A stretch of 55,089 bases of DNA from Patescibacteria group bacterium UBA926 (GTDB taxonomy: Bacteria > Patescibacteriota > Doudnabacteria > UBA920): NCBI GenBank assembly GCA_002293685.1, contig DBDS01000004.1, positions 100,479 through 155,567 of the forward strand, given 5' to 3'. Shown piece after piece: positions 18,669-27,389 of the stretch; within the stretch, counting starts at the first letter, position 1; each line of letters begins with the position of its first letter. Under the pieces are notes generated by a model. The model saw only the letters and a list, made by a program, of their open reading frames with translations. It did not search any database and was not told the origin of the DNA. The translations under genes were made by a program, and so were the position numbers.

Positions 18669-20339
18669 ATGTCAAAACCTGTTTTTCGTAAACGTAGTCG
18701 CAAAGATCGTTATTGGGAAGTTATTCCTGGATTAACATTCTGGACAGTATTCTTTGGCGCTATCACGCTATCTTATTTCAAACCAGTGTGGGCGGCAATT
18801 TTTATTGTCTGTTTTGATTTGTATTGGGTACTGAAAGCGATTAATGTTGCAACTCATCTAATCGCCAGCTATCGACGTTTTCGAATTTACGTTACCTGGG
18901 ACTGGCTTGAGCTGGTTGAACTTCTTCCAGAAAGACAGAAACTAATTGAACTCTTAGAAGGTCGGTTAAAAACTGCTAAGCGCAGATTGGTGCGAAATGT
19001 TTACAATAAACAGATTCAAAAACTTAAACAACCAATCGAAAACGGTATTATCGACAGGCCTTATCGTGATTTTTACCATGTAGTTGTCGTTCCTTTCGTG
19101 GATGAGAGTTATATGGTTTTGAAGTCAACTTTAGAAGCTCTTGCAACCGTGGAATATCCAAAGGATAGGATGATAATTTTACTAGCTAGCGAAGAACGGG
19201 CTGGTGAAGCAGCAGCTAGAACCGCAAAAACAGTGGAAAAAGAATTTGGTGATGTATTTTTCAAGCTAGTTACTACTGTTCACCCAGATGGATTGCCTGG
19301 AGAGATTAAAGGAAAGAGTGCTAACGCAAGTTATGCTGTCTCCTCCTTGTTACCGTACTTAGATGAGTGGGGAATTGATCACGACTTAGTGATGATTTCA
19401 AACTTGGACAGCGACACTATAGTACATCCTCAATACTTCGCACGCGTGATGTATGAATTCTTAACGAATCAAAAACCATATCGTCGCAGTTATCAACCTA
19501 TCGCCATCTATAACAATAACATTTGGGATAGCCCAGCATTCATCCGCGTTGTTTCGGTTTCCAATTCATTTTGGCAGTTTACAGAGAGTAGTCGTCCAAA
19601 TCGTTTGCGTACTTTTTCTTCTCACTCTATGACTTTGAAAGCTTTAAAGGAAGTTGGTTTTTGGAAGAAAGATTTAATCAATGAAGACGGATTTATTTAT
19701 TGGCAATGTTATTTGCATTACGAAGGTGATTACGAAGTTGTGCCGTTGTTTATTCCAATTTCTCTAGACACATGTTTGGCCGATACTTTCTGGCAGACCT
19801 TAATTAACCAATATAAGCAAAAACGACGTTGGGCATACAATGTTGAGTATTATCCACATTTAATTCCCGCTCTACTTAAGAGTAAAGCTCCTTGGCGTGG
19901 TCGTGTGTATCGCTTATTTCAATATGTAGAAGGAAACTTCAACTGGGCAACTGCAAGTTTGTTAATTGCTTTCCTAGGTTGGTTGCCGCTATTTATTGGT
20001 GGACCCGAATTCAAACAAACCGTAATTGCTTACAATTTACCGACAGCGACTCGTACACTGATGACCATCGCAACAGGTTTCTTGATTTTCAGTGTGTATA
20101 TCAATTTAATTTTATTACCTCCTCGTCCTGCAAGATATAGTTGGACTCGCAGTGTGATGATGTATCTACAATGGTTCTTAGTTCCGATTGTATCAGTGGT
20201 ATTCGGTTCGCTTCCTGCAATCGATGCGCAAACACGTTTGATGCTTGGGAAATATCTAGAGTTCTGGGTTACTCCGAAAGCAAGAAAAAGTGAAATTACA
20301 GCTCATTCTATGGATGAGATGAAAGGCGTTCAACGTTAA
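18669..20339 (+). CDS. membrane-embedded processive GT2 glycosyltransferase (cellulose/chitin-synthase-like signature)
   Basis: It has a D, DxD (NLDSDT), ED (NEDGF) and QxxRW (QYKQKRRWA) motif series flanked by N- and C-terminal TM helices. Confidence 0.7.
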   Translation: MSKPVFRKRSRKDRYWEVIPGLTFWTVFFGAITLSYFKPVWAAIFIVCFDLYWVLKAINVATHLIASYRRFRIYVTWDWLELVELLPERQKLIELLEGRLKTAKRRLVRNVYNKQIQKLKQPIENGIIDRPYRDFYHVVVVPFVDESYMVLKSTLEALATVEYPKDRMIILLASEERAGEAAARTAKTVEKEFGDVFFKLVTTVHPDGLPGEIKGKSANASYAVSSLLPYLDEWGIDHDLVMISNLDSDTIVHPQYFARVMYEFLTNQKPYRRSYQPIAIYNNNIWDSPAFIRVVSVSNSFWQFTESSRPNRLRTFSSHSMTLKALKEVGFWKKDLINEDGFIYWQCYLHYEGDYEVVPLFIPISLDTCLADTFWQTLINQYKQKRRWAYNVEYYPHLIPALLKSKAPWRGRVYRLFQYVEGNFNWATASLLIAFLGWLPLFIGGPEFKQTVIAYNLPTATRTLMTIATGFLIFSVYINLILLPPRPARYSWTRSVMMYLQWFLVPIVSVVFGSLPAIDAQTRLMLGKYLEFWVTPKARKSEITAHSMDEMKGVQR

Positions 20340-21406
20340 TGTGGTATGTAATCTTTTTTCTAATCTCAGGTGGGTTCGCATTGGCGGTTACGCCGTTGGT
20401 GCGTAAGTTTGCGGACCGTTATGGATTTATGGATATTCCACGTCCCCCTCGAAATTTGCACGCGTATCCTGTTGCAAAGCTTGGTGGTTTAGCAATTTTT
20501 TTAGCTGTCGCAGCAGCCATAATGGTTTTCTGGGTTTCTGGAGGAATTAATTTTGATATCGTTCCTCAGAAATTCATTTGGGCGATTTTACTTGGCGGCG
20601 CGATTTTAGTCGGTGGAGGTTTAATAGATGATAAATATGATTTACCTGCGAAGTACCTTTGGATAGCTCCTGTATTGGCAGCACTTGTTGTAGTGCTTAC
20701 AGGAATCGGTGTTGGAATAAAATTTTTATCCAATCCATTCGGTGATCCGATTAGTATGAACTTTTTAATTCTTGGTATTCCAGCATCAGGAATTTTTATT
20801 TTTATGTGGATGCTGGGAATGATGTTTACTACAAAGTTTTTAGATGGCCTCGATGGATTAGTAGCCGGCATCGGTTTAATCGCTGCACTTACGCTTTTTG
20901 CACTATCTTTAACTGAACATGTTAATCAACCAATCACTGCGACACTAGCAATTATTTTAGTCGGTGCGTTAGCCGGGTATTTAATTTACGCTTTTCATCC
21001 TGCCAAGATTTTTTTGGGTGAAGGTGGGAGTTTACTGATCGGATTCTTACTCGGAATTTTATCTGTAATATTAGGCGGGAAAATTGCGACAGCACTTCTA
21101 GTGATGGGGATCCCAATCTTAGATGTCGCTTGGGTGATTGCTCAGAGACTTTGGTATAGAAAGAGTCCGTTCATCGGAGATAGATTGCATTTACATTTTA
21201 AACTTTTAGATTTAGGTTTTTCTCAAAAACAGACAGCACTAATTTTATATGCGATTTCCGCGATGTTTGGATTCACTGCGGTGTTCCTGCAAAGCATGGG
21301 TAAGCTAGTTGCCTTAATTGTTTTATTTGGCTTAATGGCCACTCTTATCCTTGGGGTGATTTATGCTTATCGAAAGAAGCAGAGGATAACTCAATTGACA
21401 ATGTAG
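20339..21406 (+). CDS. polyprenyl-phosphate sugar-1-phosphate transferase (GT4, MraY/WecA/TagO family)
   Basis: It has the motifs PVAKLGGLAIF, IDDKYDLPAK and FLDGLDGLVAG and about 10 TM helices. Its start overlaps the upstream stop (TAATG). Confidence 0.8.
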   Translation: MWYVIFFLISGGFALAVTPLVRKFADRYGFMDIPRPPRNLHAYPVAKLGGLAIFLAVAAAIMVFWVSGGINFDIVPQKFIWAILLGGAILVGGGLIDDKYDLPAKYLWIAPVLAALVVVLTGIGVGIKFLSNPFGDPISMNFLILGIPASGIFIFMWMLGMMFTTKFLDGLDGLVAGIGLIAALTLFALSLTEHVNQPITATLAIILVGALAGYLIYAFHPAKIFLGEGGSLLIGFLLGILSVILGGKIATALLVMGIPILDVAWVIAQRLWYRKSPFIGDRLHLHFKLLDLGFSQKQTALILYAISAMFGFTAVFLQSMGKLVALIVLFGLMATLILGVIYAYRKKQRITQLTM

Positions 21407-21472
21407 GCCAATTTTTGTTAAGCTTGTGATTGTTGAAATTTAGACTCTATTCTGTAGGAGGAATGAAATATA

Positions 21473-21889
21473 GTGAAAGCAAAAACAGCTAAGATTTCTC
21501 AGGCAGCCTTTTTGGGTTTGCTAAGTGAACTTGGTGATGCAATGGATGAGAAAGACTACACTTTAGTCGACGAAATGTTGACTACTTACCCGGCATTGAT
21601 CCGTCATCGTGACGGACATTGTGAGGAGCCATTGATTATGGCTATACGCCGCTGGGATCCACGTCTCGTAAGTATTTGCATGAAGCACGGTTCAAGTCCA
21701 CAAGACACGCACCAGTGCTCCAAAGATTCGAAACCTAAGAATGCATACTTGATTGCTTCGAATATCTTAACTAGAAAGATCAAAAGTCTTTCTACTGATT
21801 CCAAGCAATACGAACTTGAATTCGCAAGGTACAGAGAAATCCTTCGTGAAATGGTGTGCTCTCAACCCTTCAAAGCAAGTGGTTCATAA
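21473..21889 (+). CDS. hypothetical protein (possible ankyrin-like helical repeat), GTG start
   Basis: It is an ORF of 138 aa with GGAGGA about 11 nt upstream. No recognisable catalytic motif was seen. Confidence 0.4.
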   Translation: MKAKTAKISQAAFLGLLSELGDAMDEKDYTLVDEMLTTYPALIRHRDGHCEEPLIMAIRRWDPRLVSICMKHGSSPQDTHQCSKDSKPKNAYLIASNILTRKIKSLSTDSKQYELEFARYREILREMVCSQPFKASGS

Positions 21890-21903
21890 GTTTTAGCTTT
21901 TTA

Positions 21904-21932
21904 TTGACAAAATCCCCACAGTTCGCTAGAAT
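21904..21932 (+). promoter_or_regulatory. sigma-70-type promoter TTGACA-17-TAGAAT upstream of rplU
   Basis: The -35 hexamer is exact at 21904-21909, followed by a 17-nt spacer and TAGAAT at 21927-21932. Confidence 0.6.
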
Positions 21933-22033
21933 TGTGGGGTATTTAATTCGACGAAGTCGTTCAGGTCTCCGCATTCGTGAGGATAAACTCCGGCGGGAAT
22001 CCAATAATATTAGTTTTTAAATAATTACATTAT

Positions 22034-22342
22034 ATGTCATTTGCAGTATTTGCGACCGGCGGCAAACAATATTTGGTTGCTAAAGGGGATAAAATTCAAG
22101 TTGAAAAGCTCGAAGGAGTCGCTGGAGACAAAGTCACTTTTGACCAAGTCCTAGCTACTATTTCTGATAAAGACGCTGAACTCGGCAAACCGGTCTTAAC
22201 AGGTAAGAGCGTGGAAGCTACTATCGTTAAGCAAGGCCGAGGAAAGAAAATCGAAGTGTTAAAGTACAAGCCAAAGAGCAAGTACCGACGCAAGATTGGA
22301 CACCGTCAAGCTTACACTGAAATTGAAATCACAAAGATTTAA
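22034..22342 (+). CDS. rplU: 50S ribosomal protein L21
   Basis: The sequence MSFAVFATGGKQYLVAKGDKIQVEKL...GHRQAYTEIEI is a typical bL21 sequence. Confidence 0.92.
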   Translation: MSFAVFATGGKQYLVAKGDKIQVEKLEGVAGDKVTFDQVLATISDKDAELGKPVLTGKSVEATIVKQGRGKKIEVLKYKPKSKYRRKIGHRQAYTEIEITKI

Positions 22343-22350
22343 ATTTTTAT

Positions 22351-22382
22351 AAAAACTACTCATTCTTAATGAGTAGTTTTTT
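22351..22382 (+). terminator. rho-independent terminator directly after rplU
   Basis: The CTACTCAT/ATGAGTAG stem is followed by a T6 tract. Confidence 0.8.
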
Positions 22383-22506
22383 GTTAAGAAAATTTAAACC
22401 CCCGCGAAGGCGGGGATCCACAAAATGAATACCGTAAGGGATTTTGTTTTTTTACCCCGCCTGTGTTTTTTAAACCCCCGCTAACGCGGGAGGTTTTGTA
22501 TAAGTA

Positions 22507-22620
22507 GTGGCACAAGTGATATCTTTCGTCGAGCCGCAGGGCTACGCTTCAAGTAATTTTCTTTAGAAAATTACTTGAGCTGGGCCCAGAGCCTCTCCTT
22601 TAAGATATCCCTTGCACCAC
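22507..22620. ncRNA. candidate structured RNA or MITE-like unit bounded by a 19-bp (16 paired) inverted repeat
   Basis: GTGGCACAAGTGATATCTT (22507-22525) pairs with AAGATATCCCTTGCACCAC (22602-22620). It encloses a perfect 12-bp hairpin at 22550-22577. Confidence 0.3.
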
Positions 22621-22671
22621 TTAAAAGAGAGGGGAAGAAGAATGTATTTCTCTTCCCATCACTTTTATTTA

Positions 22672-22775
22672 GCCAGTAGGTTTGCAGAGTGAAATCCTTT
22701 GGGCACAGTACGCCCAAATCGCTTTGCGATTTGAAGTGGACGTAGCCCAACAGATTGAGCGGCAAACCTACTGGC
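22672..22775. ncRNA. candidate structured RNA or MITE-like unit bounded by a perfect 14-bp inverted repeat
   Basis: GCCAGTAGGTTTGC (22672-22685) pairs with GCAAACCTACTGGC (22762-22775). The inner hairpins are 22698-22718 and 22718-22730. Confidence 0.3.
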
Positions 22776-22782
22776 GAATATC

Positions 22783-22806
22783 CAAAACCCCCGCGTCAGC
22801 GGGGGT
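22783..22806 (-). terminator. terminator after rmlA
   Basis: The CCCCCGC/GCGGGGG stem is followed by UUUU on the minus strand. Confidence 0.7.
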
Positions 22807-22816
22807 TAAATTAAAA

Positions 22817-23539
22817 TTATTTCTTTGCTCGGTTATAAGCCCACTCGTTGGCGCGATAGTAACTTTCAAAAGTTCCTGCATCAATCCAGTCTCCGTCCAT
22901 GATTTCTACATTGAGTTCGCCTTGATTTAGATACCAATTATTTAAGTCGGTAATTTCTAGTTCGCCACGCGCCGACGGTTTTAGACTTTTTGCTACCTCT
23001 ACTACGCGGTTATCGTAAATGTAAATTCCTGTGACTGCAAAATTGGAAATAAACTCTTTAGGCTTTTCAATAATTAGTTCAGCTTGTTTTTGATCATTGA
23101 ACTTAACCACTCCAAATCTTTCAGGATCTGGAACTTCTTTGGCAAATACTGTAGCGCCGCCTTTGAAGTTAGTAATCGCATCTGTTAAATCCGCTTCGAA
23201 CAAGTTATCTCCTAAAATCAAAGTCACATTGTCACCATCATCTAAAAAGTTTTCTCCTAAAATGAATGCTTGCGCTAGTCCATCTGGTGAATCTTGGATT
23301 TCGTATGTAAAGCGAACATCTTTACCGAACTCTTTTCCAGAGCCTAATACTTTCATGTAGTCACCGCAGTGATCTGGCGCCACGATAATTAAAATTTCTT
23401 TGACTCCAGCCGAAAGTAATTTTTCGAGTGGGTAGTATATCATCGGCTTGTCGTAAATCGGCAAGAGTTGTTTTGATGTAACTTTGGTTAAAGGGCGGAG
23501 TCTAGTACCAGCTCCACCAGATAAAATTATTCCTTTCAT
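22817..23539 (-). CDS. rmlA: glucose-1-phosphate thymidylyltransferase (short form)
   Basis: It has the nucleotidyltransferase signature MKGIILSGGAGTRLRPLT..KQLLPIYDKPMIYYPL and lies in the rml cluster. Confidence 0.85.
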   Translation of the reverse strand: MKGIILSGGAGTRLRPLTKVTSKQLLPIYDKPMIYYPLEKLLSAGVKEILIIVAPDHCGDYMKVLGSGKEFGKDVRFTYEIQDSPDGLAQAFILGENFLDDGDNVTLILGDNLFEADLTDAITNFKGGATVFAKEVPDPERFGVVKFNDQKQAELIIEKPKEFISNFAVTGIYIYDNRVVEVAKSLKPSARGELEITDLNNWYLNQGELNVEIMDGDWIDAGTFESYYRANEWAYNRAKK

Positions 23540-23673
23540 AGTTTTGAAACGACATTCAATTTTGGAAAACTTCTTTGTCGTAAGCTCCGCTACTCACTGA
23601 CCGTAACTTTTATTACGCTTCGTTCGCTGCTCGCTTACTTCGCGAACTTTCCTCAAAATTGAAAGCCTTGAAG

Positions 23674-24507
23674 TTAGTTATTTAAGTATTCTTCTAATGC
23701 CTCTTGCCACGAACGTATTTTTGGCAGCTTTGTGTTGTTGAGTAATTCGTAATTGGGGCGGCGAGCTGCTCTTTGGAAACTGGAGCCTAGTGCTTCTTCG
23801 CACTCGACATCCATATCCATGATTTGATAAATCTTTTTTGCCCAGTCGAGTCGGGAAGCTTGACCTTCATTAATTAAATGATAAATTCCAGAGGTTTGTT
23901 CAGAATTGATAAGCTCGAGAGTGGCCTCAGCAAGATCTTTTGCCCAGGTTGGCTTACCGATTTCGTCGGTAACACCTTTTACTTTACCAGACTTTCCCAA
24001 TTCTATCATCAATTCAACAAAGCTTTTTTTGGCTGTTTTGGTAGCTGGTTTGCCGTAAAGCCACTCTGTTCGGATGATAAAATATTTACCCCCAACTTCT
24101 TGAATTGCCTTTTCGCCGAGCAATTTACTTTCGCCATATTTATTGACGGGATTGGTTAGAGCTTCTTCGGAATAGCCTTCAGCATTAGTCCCATCGAACA
24201 CCATTCCTGTGCTGAAGTGAATTAAAGTTGAATTAGATTCCCTGCAAGCTTCGGCTAAATTTTTTACAGCGTCTGCGTTTAATAATTTTGCGGAATCAAA
24301 ATCTGTTTCTGCACCGTCAACATTAGTGTATGCCGAGCAATTAATTACCACTTCAAAATTATGCTGGTGAATGAAATTTTTTGTTGATTCAAAATCGGTT
24401 ACATCAAAATCAGGACGGTCGGCGAGAGCGATGTTATTCTTGGGAACAAGTTTGGCAAATTCGGAACCCAAAGTACCACGACTACCGATTAGTAAAATGT
24501 TAGACAT
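23674..24507 (-). CDS. rmlD: dTDP-4-dehydrorhamnose reductase
   Basis: It has a Rossmann N-terminus (ILLIGSRGTLGS) and RmlD-like length and motifs (YTNVDGAE, STGMVFDG). Confidence 0.85.
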   Translation of the reverse strand: MSNILLIGSRGTLGSEFAKLVPKNNIALADRPDFDVTDFESTKNFIHQHNFEVVINCSAYTNVDGAETDFDSAKLLNADAVKNLAEACRESNSTLIHFSTGMVFDGTNAEGYSEEALTNPVNKYGESKLLGEKAIQEVGGKYFIIRTEWLYGKPATKTAKKSFVELMIELGKSGKVKGVTDEIGKPTWAKDLAEATLELINSEQTSGIYHLINEGQASRLDWAKKIYQIMDMDVECEEALGSSFQRAARRPNYELLNNTKLPKIRSWQEALEEYLNN

Positions 24508-24512
24508 GGTAT

Positions 24513-25070
24513 TTAATTAAATTTATTTGGAAAAACTTCTCGCAACAATGGATGTTGTTTATCTGCGTCGGACACAATCGGTTCTGTAGTTTGCCAGTTA
24601 ATTCCTAAGTCGGGATCTTGAAAATTAACATAAGTCTCTTTCCCTGGTGCCCAGTAGTCAGTTGTGAGATAGCAGTAGTCGGCTATATCGCTGGTGACAA
24701 CGAAAGCGTTGCCCATTCCGGCTGGAACGAATACACTTCGGAAATTTTCTTCTCCTAAAGCTATCGAAATATGTTTGCCGAAAGTTTCAGAATCAGGACG
24801 AGTATCAACAACAACTTGTTGAACGTTACCTCTGTACACAGTTACCAATTTATTCCACGGCGCTATGTGAATGCCTCGCAGTATATTTTTTTCGGAGCGT
24901 GAGTGATTGGTTTGGACTGGTTCAAAAGAAAAACCTAAACGAGTATCCAAGTCAGTTTTACGGTAGAGCTCGCGAAAGAAACCGCGTTCGTCGCCATGGA
25001 CAGGGCGCTCTATAATAAATACTCCAGCTAACTCAGTTTCAGTTATGTAATCTTGATTTTGTTCGGACAT
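24513..25070 (-). CDS. rmlC: dTDP-4-dehydrorhamnose 3,5-epimerase
   Basis: It is a cupin with DERGFFRE, LRGIH and YWAPG motifs characteristic of RmlC. Confidence 0.9.
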   Translation of the reverse strand: MSEQNQDYITETELAGVFIIERPVHGDERGFFRELYRKTDLDTRLGFSFEPVQTNHSRSEKNILRGIHIAPWNKLVTVYRGNVQQVVVDTRPDSETFGKHISIALGEENFRSVFVPAGMGNAFVVTSDIADYCYLTTDYWAPGKETYVNFQDPDLGINWQTTEPIVSDADKQHPLLREVFPNKFN

Positions 25071-25076
25071 AGAAAT

Positions 25077-26087
25077 CTATTTTAAAACTTCCTCACCCTT
25101 AGTTTGATAAAACTGCTCACTTTCTTCGGCCAGTGGTTTCCACCAAGACTGATTATTTTTGTACCACTCAACTGTTTGCTCGAGCCATTCATCAAAAGTA
25201 TGTTGTGGTTCCCAGCCAAGCTCTTTATTAATCTTAGTCCAATCGACATCGTATTTAACATCATGACCTGGGCGGTCGGTGACAAGTTCAATTCGATCTT
25301 CTGGTAAATCCATAATCTTTAGTAACTTGTGAGCGACTTCAATGTTGCTAATTCCTTTTGCTAAACCACCAACGCAGTAAGTTTCGCCGAGTTTGCCTTT
25401 TTGTAAAATTAAATCTATTGCGCGGCAATGGTCATTAACATGAAGCCAGTCGCGAACTTGATTACCTGGTGTGTACAATCGAATATTTTCACCTTGCAAC
25501 AATCTTATAATGGAGCGGGGGATAAACTTTTCAGGATAGTGATACGGTCCAAAGTTGTTACTGCAGTTACTAATCGTGATTGGTAAACCAAAAGTGTGAG
25601 CGTAAGCACGCACCATGTGATCCGAACCAGCTTTGCTCGCTGAATAAGGGCTACTTGGTTTGTAAGAAGAGTCTTCGTTGAACTTCCAATCTGCTTCAAG
25701 TGGGATATCTCCAAAAACTTCATCAGTTGAAATGTGATGAAAGCGTGAAATTTTTAATCGACGGGCGGTTTCAAGTAACACGTGAGTTCCTAGTGCGTTC
25801 GATCGCGTGAATACATACGGGTCATGAATACTGCGGTCTACATGAGACTCTGCCGCAAAATGAACAACGCAATCTACTCCTGTCATCACTTTCGCAACCA
25901 ATTCTTCGTCTATAATATCGCCTTCAACAAAATTGATTTTGTCCTTAATTGAATCTAGCGTCGATAAATTCCCAGCGTAGGTGAGTTTATCTAAAACGGT
26001 AATCTCATCTTCGGGATGAGTTTTTACCCAGTAGTGAACAAAATTAGAGCCAATAAACCCAGCTCCGCCTGTAATTAATAGTTTCAT
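25077..26087 (-). CDS. rmlB: dTDP-glucose 4,6-dehydratase (start moved to MKLLITGGAGFIGS)
   Basis: It is an SDR with GGAGFIGSNF, STDEVFG and YSASKAGSDH motifs. The track start at 26144 adds 19 non-conserved residues. Confidence 0.9.
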   Translation of the reverse strand: MKLLITGGAGFIGSNFVHYWVKTHPEDEITVLDKLTYAGNLSTLDSIKDKINFVEGDIIDEELVAKVMTGVDCVVHFAAESHVDRSIHDPYVFTRSNALGTHVLLETARRLKISRFHHISTDEVFGDIPLEADWKFNEDSSYKPSSPYSASKAGSDHMVRAYAHTFGLPITISNCSNNFGPYHYPEKFIPRSIIRLLQGENIRLYTPGNQVRDWLHVNDHCRAIDLILQKGKLGETYCVGGLAKGISNIEVAHKLLKIMDLPEDRIELVTDRPGHDVKYDVDWTKINKELGWEPQHTFDEWLEQTVEWYKNNQSWWKPLAEESEQFYQTKGEEVLK

Positions 26088-26147
26088 ATAATTCATTTTA
26101 ACAAACCCGAAGCAAACAAAAAAGCGGACAAAAATCGTCCGCAAGAC

Positions 26148-26294
26148 TTACTTGGCATGAATATGATTATCTCGATTGATTGATGTCATAAATCGATCGC
26201 AGGCTTCCATGCCAAAGCAGGCGAAAATCATTAAAGTAGTAAGCAGTACTGGCTTCAACAGCCGAAAAATACTTTCCCATATTTTATTTTGCAT
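26148..26294 (-). CDS. small (48 aa) membrane protein at the head of the rml operon
   Basis: AGGAGGA lies 3 nt upstream of the internal ATG (MQNKIWESIFRLLKPVLLTTLMIFACFG...). It has one hydrophobic helix and ends 4-60 nt before rmlB. Confidence 0.35.
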   Translation of the reverse strand: MQNKIWESIFRLLKPVLLTTLMIFACFGMEACDRFMTSINRDNHIHAK

Positions 26295-26390
26295 AAATCC
26301 TCCTGCCTCCTCAATGTTGTATAGTATAGACGATTTTAGATTTTGGTCAATGCTGTGGGCTCGGTTGATGAAGTTTGATAAACTGTACTT

Positions 26391-27389
26391 ATGGCAAAAG
26401 TCGCTCTGATACAAGTGATTTACAATTCGCTCAGATTTATTCCTAAGGTTTTTCCAGCGGTTTTAGCGCAGTCTCATCCGGACTGTGATTTTTATGTAGT
26501 GGTTGCGGCGAATGATGATGGTGGTAAAGAATACATTCAGAAACACTACCCTCAAGTTAAGATTATTGACCCTGGTTACAATATTGGTTTTTCAAAAGGA
26601 CACAATGAATTATTTGCTTCAATCGACGCTGACTTTTTTCAATTGATTAATCCTGATTTAGTGGTTACTCCAAACTTTGTGGAAGAAATGTTGAAACCAT
26701 TTGATAACCCTAAAGTTGGAGCAGTTAGTGGGAAAATCCTTCGATATGATTTTGAGAAAGACGAGCCAACAAACTTTATTGATACAACAGGTGTAGTGAT
26801 TCAGAAATCAGGTCGCGGCCGCGATCGTGGCCAGCACGAACTAGACGAAGGTCAATACGACAGGCTCACCAATATTATCGCGGTTAGTGGTGCGGCCGCT
26901 ATGTATCGCAAAGCTGCCTTAGAAGATGTGAAATATTTACGTGCTGATGGTCGCATTGAATATTTCGACGAAGATTTCCATTCTTATTGGGAAGATGTTG
27001 ATTTGTCTTGGCGTATGGTTAACCGCGCTTGGAAAATTAAGTACGCTCCAGATGCCGTTGCATATCATGGACGTGCCGCTGGTTCAAATAAAGGCGGTTA
27101 TAAAAAAGTTTTTTCGTTCATCAAACATCACCGTGCAATACCCGAGCGAATTCGCAAACTTAATTACAAAAACCACTTGTTTCTGTTTATTAAAAATTCA
27201 CCGCACTGGTATTGGCAATTTTTTGCTCGCGAATTCTTTTACAATTGCTATGTGTTGATTTTAGAAACATCAACCCTAAAAGTTCTTCCGCAATTTTTTC
27301 GTCAATTGCCAACAATGTGGCGAAAGCGAAAATACATTCAACGTCATCGTAAAATCTCAGTTGATGAGATGGAGAAATTATTTTCATGA
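26391..27389 (+). CDS. GT2 family glycosyltransferase (rhamnosyltransferase-like)
   Basis: It has a GT-A N-terminal fold, the motifs YNIGFSKGHNELF and GAAAMYRK, and the ED motif WEDVDL. Confidence 0.75.
   Translation: MAKVALIQVIYNSLRFIPKVFPAVLAQSHPDCDFYVVVAANDDGGKEYIQKHYPQVKIIDPGYNIGFSKGHNELFASIDADFFQLINPDLVVTPNFVEEMLKPFDNPKVGAVSGKILRYDFEKDEPTNFIDTTGVVIQKSGRGRDRGQHELDEGQYDRLTNIIAVSGAAAMYRKAALEDVKYLRADGRIEYFDEDFHSYWEDVDLSWRMVNRAWKIKYAPDAVAYHGRAAGSNKGGYKKVFSFIKHHRAIPERIRKLNYKNHLFLFIKNSPHWYWQFFAREFFYNCYVLILETSTLKVLPQFFRQLPTMWRKRKYIQRHRKISVDEMEKLFS

Noticed and set aside
22500-22780. RNase P RNA, tmRNA, SRP RNA or 6S RNA identity for the structured region after rplU.
   Set aside because: On either strand there is no GAGGAAAGTCC / ACAGAA P4 pair, no tRNA-like 3' end with a T-arm and CCA, no tag ORF, and no GGAAGCAGC SRP domain IV motif. 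It is kept only as an unclassified candidate.
26176-26409. Plus-strand 77-aa ORF in the rmlB / GT2 divergent region.
   Set aside because: It has no RBS, and it overlaps the minus-strand 48-codon ORF, which has a perfect AGGAGGA. It also overlaps the start of the GT2 gene.
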